From Promethearchaeota archaeon (GTDB taxonomy: Archaea > Asgardarchaeota > Lokiarchaeia > Sigyniarchaeales > SOKP01): 14,185 bases of DNA. The DNA is taken from contig SHMW01000017.1 of the NCBI GenBank assembly GCA_008080735.1, positions 1 through 14,185 of the forward strand, in the 5' to 3' direction. The notes under the pieces were generated by a model that saw only the letters and a program-made list of their open reading frames with translations, did no database searches and was not told where the DNA came from. Made by a program: the position numbers and the translations under genes. Below are positions 7,802 to 14,185 of the stretch, one piece after another (positions within the stretch are counted from its first letter, which is position 1; every line of letters begins with the position of its first letter).

Positions 7802-8701
7802 ATGGGTATAAAGAATATACTTCGACGAATTGTAAGTAAAGATAGAAAAATCGTTATCACGGGGTTAGATAATGCTGGGAAGACCACAATGGTGTCCTTT
7901 TTACAAACTGGGACTTTTATTGAACATACACCCACCATGGGAAAAGAGGAGACCACAATTGAAGTTCAAGGCGTACGCATGAATCTTATTGATATGGGTG
8001 GCCAGAAAGATTTTCGCGCAATGTGGCAAGGAGAATTGGATGATGCCCAATTTGCCATATTTATGGTGGATGCCGCAGATAAAGACAGATTTGCAGAGGC
8101 GAAAGAAGAATTATGGAAAATCTCTTCAGTCGTGAAAGAAATTCCTTTAATTGTGCTAGCAAATAAATATGATTTACCAGATGTCGCATCGCTTAGCGAA
8201 ATAATTGAGGCTCTCGATCTACAGAGGCTCTCTTCATTTGAAGTTCTTCCTATTTCTTGTAAAACGGGATATGGAATCGTCAAGGCTTTTAAAAAGATCT
8301 ACTACAAAATGACTGGTGATCAACTAACTAAGAAATTAAGACCGAAAGCAGTGACCATCTTTGACAAGGGCGGAGTTCCATTGACCTCGACCTCATCTGA
8401 TGATGTATTAAAAGGTGGCCTTTTTGCTGCTATAACGAACTTCATCAAGGAATCGTTCAATTCCGAACTGAATCAAATTAAGATTGAGGGAAACACAATA
8501 ATTTTTAAGCGGTCGAATCATCTAATGGGATCAATTGTTATAGATGATACCGAAAATATAGATGCTAAAGAGGCAGAAGATGGTTTAAACGAATTACTCT
8601 GCCACTTGGAAAATATGTGTCCTGAATTAGAGCAAGAAAAACTGGATGAAGAAAAGCTTAAGTTTCTGGTTGAGCAATACTCGACTAATCTGCTTGAATA
8701 A
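7802..8701 (+). CDS. Arf-family-like small GTPase fused to a C-terminal longin-like domain
   Basis: G1 GLDNAGKTT (7862-7888), switch I PTMG, G3 DMGGQ followed by FRAMW, G4 NKYD, G5 SCKTG. N-terminus MGIKNILRRIV from ATG 7802 (track start TTG 7793). The C-terminal ~120 aa contain VTIFDKGGVPL, GGLFAAITNFIKESF and LNQIKIEGNTIIF, a longin pattern. Confidence 0.9.
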   Translation: MGIKNILRRIVSKDRKIVITGLDNAGKTTMVSFLQTGTFIEHTPTMGKEETTIEVQGVRMNLIDMGGQKDFRAMWQGELDDAQFAIFMVDAADKDRFAEAKEELWKISSVVKEIPLIVLANKYDLPDVASLSEIIEALDLQRLSSFEVLPISCKTGYGIVKAFKKIYYKMTGDQLTKKLRPKAVTIFDKGGVPLTSTSSDDVLKGGLFAAITNFIKESFNSELNQIKIEGNTIIFKRSNHLMGSIVIDDTENIDAKEAEDGLNELLCHLENMCPELEQEKLDEEKLKFLVEQYSTNLLE

Positions 8702-8720
8702 AATACGTGCCTTCTACCAA

Positions 8721-8745
8721 TTTCTTTTTACTTTTTTCCTTTTTT
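8721..8745 (+). terminator. Putative oligo-T terminator after the GTPase gene
   Basis: Several T5-T6 runs 20-45 nt after the stop at 8701. Confidence 0.45.
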
Positions 8746-8822
8746 AATATTAAAACATTTATCAAGTCCTAAAATAATCTAAATAATATTGAAGATTAAC
8801 TAGAAATAAAAAAATTAATTAA

Positions 8823-10436
8823 ATGGAAAATTGGGAAATGTCAAATAAAATTTTTTATAATGGTGATATCGTCACTTTAGTGGACGAAGACCTTATAGTC
8901 GAAGCGGTAGGAATAAAAGAAGAGAAAATCCACTCTGTAGGGTCTCTGGAAACTGTAAAAGCAGAGATGCCCGAAAATTCTCAATTAATAGATTTGAATA
9001 ATAAAGCATTGCTTCCGGGATTTATCGACAGCCACTTACATCCAATAATGTATGTATTCTTTCTCATTAAAACCAATCTTTCAAACCTTCGCAGTTTAGA
9101 GGAATTAAAATCGCTATTGCGAGAGGTAGCGAAAGATAAAGACTCCGATGAGTTAATTCTGGGACTAAGATTGATGGAGGAAAAGTTTGATAATCCCACA
9201 CTGCCCACGAGATGGGATCTTGATGAGGCATGTCCGAATAATCCCGTATTTCTATTGAGATATGACGGACATATAGGAATTGCAAATACGAAAGGCTTGG
9301 AATTAGCAGGTGTGGATAAGGAAACAATCTCTCCCGAAGGTGGAGAAATTAGAAAAAATGAATCTGGAGAGCTTACCGGGATTTTATCCGAACAAGCGAT
9401 TGGACTACTTCTCTCAAAGATTAGTTTTCCAGAACCCGAGGAGATTAAAGAAACCGCTGTACAGGCATTCAAAAACTTGGCGGCAAAAGGATTAACTTCA
9501 CTCCATGGGATAATTCATGCCGATAAAGGAGGAGAATTTGGAAGTGTAGGAAGTATGGAAATTCCTATATTTCGCACAATCCAAGATGTGATTCTACAAA
9601 ATTGGTATAGTATGGTTTTTACAGAACGACCCAAAAAATTGAAACGGTTAAAAAAACCTCCCCTCCATGAGGAGCTTCCTGAGGGAAAATTTAAAGTAAA
9701 TTGTCTTAAACTATTTATTGATGGGACCTTTGGTGCCGCAACTGCGTGTATGTATGAACCTTTCACAGACCAACCAGATAAAATTGGGTTTTGTGTGGTC
9801 GATATAGATGATTTATATGAGCAGATGAAAGAAGCACATAATTTGGGCTTCCAAATCTGTGTTCATGCGATTGGGGATAAAGGAAACAAGCGTATCGTAG
9901 ATTTATTTAAACGTTTATTAGAAGAATTTCCCCGAGAAAACCATCGCCACAGGATAGAGCACGCCTCTATGTTACGAGAAGATGTAATTAAAGATATTAA
10001 AGAATTGGGATTAATCGTCTCTTCTCAACCTCCGTTCCTTAATTCTGAATACGATTGGCTTAAAAAACGGATAGGGGAGCAGCGCTGTTCTTATGCATAT
10101 CCATATAAAACCCTTTTTCAAAACGGTATTGTAATGGCAGCGGGGTCGGATTGTCCCGTAGAAGTACCGGATGTAATTCAGGGCTTGCATGCGATGGTCA
10201 CGCGCAACGGGTTCGTTCCCAAAGAATGTGTCTCAATAAAGGATGCATTGAAGGCATATACGATTAACGGTGCTTATGCGGCTTTTGAGGAGGATGTTAA
10301 AGGAACGATTGAGAAGGGGAAACTCGCAGATTTTGTAATTCTTGACAAAAATCCTCTAGATTTAAAACCAGAGGAAGTCAAAGATCTCGAAGTTGTAGAA
10401 ACTGTTATTCGGGGAAAAACAGTCTTCAAAAATTAA
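8823..10436 (+). CDS. Metal-dependent amidohydrolase (amidohydrolase_3 / YtcJ-like family)
   Basis: LLPGFIDSHLH, KLFIDG, HAIGD, RHRIEH, GSDCPV, YTINGAYA and GTIEKGKLADFVILD. An alternative start is ATG 8838. Confidence 0.92.
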   Translation: MENWEMSNKIFYNGDIVTLVDEDLIVEAVGIKEEKIHSVGSLETVKAEMPENSQLIDLNNKALLPGFIDSHLHPIMYVFFLIKTNLSNLRSLEELKSLLREVAKDKDSDELILGLRLMEEKFDNPTLPTRWDLDEACPNNPVFLLRYDGHIGIANTKGLELAGVDKETISPEGGEIRKNESGELTGILSEQAIGLLLSKISFPEPEEIKETAVQAFKNLAAKGLTSLHGIIHADKGGEFGSVGSMEIPIFRTIQDVILQNWYSMVFTERPKKLKRLKKPPLHEELPEGKFKVNCLKLFIDGTFGAATACMYEPFTDQPDKIGFCVVDIDDLYEQMKEAHNLGFQICVHAIGDKGNKRIVDLFKRLLEEFPRENHRHRIEHASMLREDVIKDIKELGLIVSSQPPFLNSEYDWLKKRIGEQRCSYAYPYKTLFQNGIVMAAGSDCPVEVPDVIQGLHAMVTRNGFVPKECVSIKDALKAYTINGAYAAFEEDVKGTIEKGKLADFVILDKNPLDLKPEEVKDLEVVETVIRGKTVFKN

Positions 10437-10500
10437 AAGAAATAAAACTTTTCTTAATTTCTTTTTTCTCTATTTTTAGCTCAAGAAGATTTTAGCTATA

Positions 10501-11670
10501 TCAGTCTGTAAAATATAAATGCTCATCAAAACCAGTTTCGGCGATGAGGTCTTGACCCAGCTTTTGGATTCTTTTTTTTGATGGATTCCGAAGGATCTTT
10601 CGGGCAATCTTGATTACCTTCGAGAGTTTTGAATCAGAAAAATCTTTAATAATCGGGTCATAACGTGAAAATGACGTTCCTGCGGTATAGACCCCCACAT
10701 TTCCATGGGACGCTTGGCTGCTGACTTGCCAATGTTCCACCTTTAATTCGATATTTTCTAAAAGATGAGTACTAAAAAACCACTCAAGATATAAATCCAT
10801 TCTCTCATGCTTATGTTTGGTATCTTTTAGAAATTTATATGCTCGCTTTAACCTATCGGGATGCATTTGTCGATAGACGCGTTCATAGTTTTGCGTCATC
10901 TTATCCTTCACATGATCTTTAATGTCTTGGATGATTTCATTTACTTTCTTGGCTCTCTCATCACTAATATCTCGTTGAATCGATTGAATATGATCTTCTA
11001 TAATATCTCCTCCAGATTCAGAGCTTTCTTCTGTGTCAGGGCTACTGGAAGCTTGACTCGATGCTGACCCTGAAGCAGATTCTTCTAATTCTGGGGGCAT
11101 ATTATAGATTTCCTTCGGTGGAAGATTAAATAGGGCATCCAATTTGGACGGATCATCTCTCACATCTTTTATTTTTTCATTTATTTCATCTGCTTCATAT
11201 CCAATCTCCCTTAAATAAAATTTAGCTGAGGATATTTGGTTTTCTAAGGATTGAGCTTGTGAATATTGTGGTGCGCTGCCTCCGAACTCATCCTCAAGTT
11301 GTTTGTCCGCCATCATACTTATCTTTTTTTCATTAATCTCTTCTATTTTGAGTTGATCAATGTTATTGAGCACATAATCTACTTGATTAGGACTTAGATA
11401 AGTAAGATTTCCCATCGGTCCGAGAAGATATGAAAGCTTTTCCAGCTTTTCGATTAATTCCTCGAAATCGTCGACAGATTCCCCGAGATAGTCCTTCAGA
11501 AAGAATTTTAAAAAACCTTGATTAAATCCCGCGATAATCTTTAAAATTTTCGTATCGTACTGGTTTAAAAGAGTTTGAACACTCTCGATACTATTAAAAC
11601 GATCTGGTATACTTAAGTCAAATACAGCAATATTATCAAGAATCATCTGTATATAGTCAGCTTTTTCCAT
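10501..11670 (-). CDS. Hypothetical multi-domain helical protein with a Ser/acidic low-complexity linker
   Basis: 389-aa ORF with normal protein composition filling the gap between neighbours. No family recognised with confidence. Contains an HPD-bearing, J-domain-like segment. Confidence 0.75.
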   Translation of the reverse strand: MEKADYIQMILDNIAVFDLSIPDRFNSIESVQTLLNQYDTKILKIIAGFNQGFLKFFLKDYLGESVDDFEELIEKLEKLSYLLGPMGNLTYLSPNQVDYVLNNIDQLKIEEINEKKISMMADKQLEDEFGGSAPQYSQAQSLENQISSAKFYLREIGYEADEINEKIKDVRDDPSKLDALFNLPPKEIYNMPPELEESASGSASSQASSSPDTEESSESGGDIIEDHIQSIQRDISDERAKKVNEIIQDIKDHVKDKMTQNYERVYRQMHPDRLKRAYKFLKDTKHKHERMDLYLEWFFSTHLLENIELKVEHWQVSSQASHGNVGVYTAGTSFSRYDPIIKDFSDSKLSKVIKIARKILRNPSKKRIQKLGQDLIAETGFDEHLYFTD

Positions 11671-11756
11671 CTAAATCAGTCCCATTTGCAAATCTTAAAA
11701 TTAATGAACAAAATTCAAACTACTAATTAATGAATAAAATTTAGATATAAAATATT

Positions 11757-12251
11757 TTACATTTCCTTATGTCTGAATTTTTGGGCAATTCTTCTGGCAA
11801 GAGTTACTTGTTCTCGTGATTCTAAAGAGCATTTTCTAAAAGACCGGATCCATTTCACGGGATCCATATCTTTCGGAATATATCCATAATAAGAACCCCA
11901 TGCGACCAACATTTGTCCAGTTCTTCCACATCCTGCTACACAATGCACCACAATGGGCTCTTTTCTTGCATGATGATACTCGGTAATTTTCAGAAATCGA
12001 TTAATTTGCTCCTCTGTCGGAGTCCCATAATCAGGGATATTGATATGATAATAATGAAATCCATCGGGAATATCATTTCGATTGTTGAATTCTGAGCAGT
12101 TAATAATCACCTTTATCCCTTCTTCCCTATAGATATCAAACACATAAGGGTCGGGCCACCAACTTGCGGCAATCTTTTCTGTTTCTATCCACGTAAAAGG
12201 TTCTGTTCGATGAGGTTGTCCCCCTTCTGGCCAATACCAAGGTCTCACCAT
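11757..12251 (-). CDS. Dual-specificity protein phosphatase (PTP/DSP superfamily, DUSP23/CDC14-like)
   Basis: Catalytic P-loop HCVAGCGRTG (CX5R), general-acid loop IPDYGTP, N-terminal FTWI..KIAA..P, and C-terminal R..SLESREQ. Confidence 0.92.
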   Translation of the reverse strand: MVRPWYWPEGGQPHRTEPFTWIETEKIAASWWPDPYVFDIYREEGIKVIINCSEFNNRNDIPDGFHYYHINIPDYGTPTEEQINRFLKITEYHHARKEPIVVHCVAGCGRTGQMLVAWGSYYGYIPKDMDPVKWIRSFRKCSLESREQVTLARRIAQKFRHKEM

Positions 12252-12297
12252 AATTCATATCATCTCTCTTATATTAAGAATTAGAAAAGAAATAAAA

Positions 12298-13587
12298 TTA
12301 TTCTAATTGAAGATGCTCAGATTGTTGTTTAAGCATCTCTTCCAGAATATTTTCTGCTTGCTTGTGGCTATTTACTACGGGGTCTGCTAAAAGGGCTTGA
12401 AGTGCGATCTTTTTCGACTTCTTTAAAACGGCTTCCACGCATAAATCTTGTACGGATGCCTGATTTCTTAATAAACCTGCTAATCCTTTTGGATACTCTC
12501 CGAGCTTAATACCTTCAATACCACTATTGCTGATTTTTGCTGGGCATTCCACTACGATATCTTCTGGAAGATTTGTAATTATTCCCTCGTTCGGGATATT
12601 TACGGCTAGCTCAATATGATTCGAGTCTGTTAATATCCCCTCGATAATCGGAATTGCTCTTTCTTCATCAGGCTTCACCAATCGAGCTCCTTTTCCGCGC
12701 TTAATTAATCTTCGAATCTTTTTTCCCTCATATCCGATTACTGTCATGTAGGTATCCCTGAACTCTTTGATACCTGAGATATCCGCGACATCCCACGCCC
12801 ACTGAATATATTCTCCAAAGTGGCTGTCTGTTGTGTATGGTATATATCCATAGGTTTCTAAAATATACTTATTCAAATCCACATCCTGATTATCAAGCTT
12901 TTCTAAATAATTTGGACCTTTTTCTCTAAGCTTAGGATACGCATCCTCTCCAGTATCTCTATATTTGATTTCCAATACTACACCGAAATGATTGAGACCG
13001 CCTGCGATAATCTCTAAATTAGAGAGATCTGTATCTAAAATTCTTGCATAATGAATCATAAAATGCCCAAGCTCATGGCAGAGCCCGACAAACTTTAATT
13101 TCGGGAATTTACGCTTAACTGCCAAACAAATTCTACTCATTGGATTAGAAAAGTTGATGAATAGAGCCTCTGGACATAATTTCATTATATCTTCGCATAT
13201 ATCTAAAATTGGAGGAATTACACGCAATGAATGAAACAACCCGCCTGGTCCTCCATTCTCACCAAAAACTTGTCTATTGCCGTACCAGTGGGGGATGTGA
13301 AGGTCTTGATCCCATAATTCGAATCGTGGAGCCACTTCAATAGAATTGATAATAAATGTTGCATCTTTGAGTGCTTCTTCTCTGTCAGTGGTCGATTCTA
13401 ATGCAAAATCTAAATCCCGTTCATCAATCGCGTCTTGACACGCTTTGGCAGCTAGTTCTAATGATTTGGCATCGATATCATGGAGGCATATAGTAGAGCC
13501 TTTTAAAACTTCACTGTTCATTATGCTCCCCGCGGAACCTAATCCAAATTGTAGAGAGCCCGCACCTATTAATACAATTTTTTGCAT
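12298..13587 (-). CDS. Glycoside hydrolase family 4 (NAD+/Mn2+-dependent alpha-galactosidase/alpha-glucosidase-like)
   Basis: KIVLIGAGS, GENGGPGG, INFSNP, GLCH, GLNHF, VNIPNEG.I.NLP..VVECP and ALQALLADP. Confidence 0.92.
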   Translation of the reverse strand: MQKIVLIGAGSLQFGLGSAGSIMNSEVLKGSTICLHDIDAKSLELAAKACQDAIDERDLDFALESTTDREEALKDATFIINSIEVAPRFELWDQDLHIPHWYGNRQVFGENGGPGGLFHSLRVIPPILDICEDIMKLCPEALFINFSNPMSRICLAVKRKFPKLKFVGLCHELGHFMIHYARILDTDLSNLEIIAGGLNHFGVVLEIKYRDTGEDAYPKLREKGPNYLEKLDNQDVDLNKYILETYGYIPYTTDSHFGEYIQWAWDVADISGIKEFRDTYMTVIGYEGKKIRRLIKRGKGARLVKPDEERAIPIIEGILTDSNHIELAVNIPNEGIITNLPEDIVVECPAKISNSGIEGIKLGEYPKGLAGLLRNQASVQDLCVEAVLKKSKKIALQALLADPVVNSHKQAENILEEMLKQQSEHLQLE

Positions 13588-13617
13588 ATTATAGATAAAA
13601 TTAGATTTAATAAAAAT

Positions 13618-13633
13618 TAAAGTACTTTATAAA
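13618..13633 (-). promoter_or_regulatory. TATA box of the GH4 gene overlapped by a 12-bp palindrome
   Basis: TTTATAAA at 13626-13633, about 40 nt upstream of the ATG at 13587. Perfect palindrome TAAAGTACTTTA at 13618-13629. Confidence 0.45.
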
Positions 13634-13874
13634 TTGGGATTTCAGAACATCTACTTTATGAATCATCTATTGGGAGATTTCAATTTTTCTAATACGGTTC
13701 TATTTGTTAGATAGATGAAAAATTATTATATATGGATTTAAAGAAACCACAAGGTAGGATAAGAACTGTCAATAGACGAATCATACAATTAAAAATATGG
13801 AGAAAAAAACAAATATTAGTAGATTCTATCAAATCATAACAAATATGCTTCAGATGCTCTAAAAGAAAAGTTTA

Positions 13875-14126
13875 CTAATAGTTTATTTTTCTAATCAACC
13901 TTTTCTCGATTAAATGCTTCAATACATGTGTTAAATCATTTTCATTTAAATTCTCGAGCGGTTGCTTCTCTTTAATAGCTTTCATAACATAATATTCTTC
14001 TCGAGTAATTAACCCTAATTCATAGGTTAGTTCTAAAGTATTGCTCGATGGACCATCAGCTTTTACAATCCTTTGACTAAATATTTTTCGTATTGGTTCT
14101 AATCTATACTTGGCTAAATTTTCCAT
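13875..14126 (-). CDS. Small hypothetical protein, possible winged-helix-like C-terminus
   Basis: 83 aa. SD-like AGGTGA at 14133-14138 and TTTATATA at 14149-14156 upstream on the minus strand. Tandem stops TAG TAA. Sequence pattern ITREEYYVMKAI...VLKHLIEKRLI. Confidence 0.65.
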   Translation of the reverse strand: MENLAKYRLEPIRKIFSQRIVKADGPSSNTLELTYELGLITREEYYVMKAIKEKQPLENLNENDLTHVLKHLIEKRLIRKINY

Positions 14127-14185
14127 TCAATTTCACCTTTTTTTTCTCTATATAAATATAATAAAACTACTATTAAAATTAAAAT

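Noticed and set aside
7802-8701. The GTPase as a Rag/Gtr or Rab/Ras protein
   Set aside because: GLDNAGKTT, DxGGQ..R..W and the N-terminal amphipathic helix are Arf-type. G4 is NKxD rather than Rag HKxD, and there is no C-terminal prenylation motif.
189-12095. Short alternative-frame and antisense ORFs in the track (189, 1836, 2020, 4064, 4359, 4890, 6885, 7714, 7966, 8981, 9067, 9310, 9515, 10861, 11913)
   Set aside because: All overlap longer motif-bearing CDSs and show no recognisable motifs. They look like shadow ORFs.
13588-13874. Long AT-rich intergenic gaps (also 5442-5791) as ncRNA, CRISPR, origin or small ORFs
   Set aside because: No regularly spaced repeats, GC-rich stems or credible ORFs were seen. 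They are consistent with promoter and terminator DNA.

Overview
An AT-rich archaeal window. Its gene content points to an Asgard (Lokiarchaeia-like) genome: longin and roadblock domains, an Arf-like GTPase and an IPGF-TM-basic C-terminal sorting signal. It holds 12 credible CDSs. Ordinary metabolic genes are a GGR-like flavoprotein, a sulfatase-fold hydrolase, a YtcJ-like amidohydrolase, a GH4 glycosidase and a dual-specificity phosphatase. The main point of interest is 5792-8701. A stand-alone uDENN/longin-like protein, whose FSLKKEMAR segment resembles the arginine-finger loop of the FLCN/SMCR8 GAPs, is tightly linked to two divergent paralogous 7-TM proteins. These are followed by an Arf-like GTPase with an MG-amphipathic N-terminus and a fused C-terminal longin domain. 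A longin-roadblock fusion lies about 3.3 kb upstream. Together these could form an archaeal membrane-sensor / longin-GAP / Arf switch, which is inference and untested. No rRNA, tRNA, CRISPR array or mobile element was seen. All domain calls come from reading motifs by eye; no database search was run.
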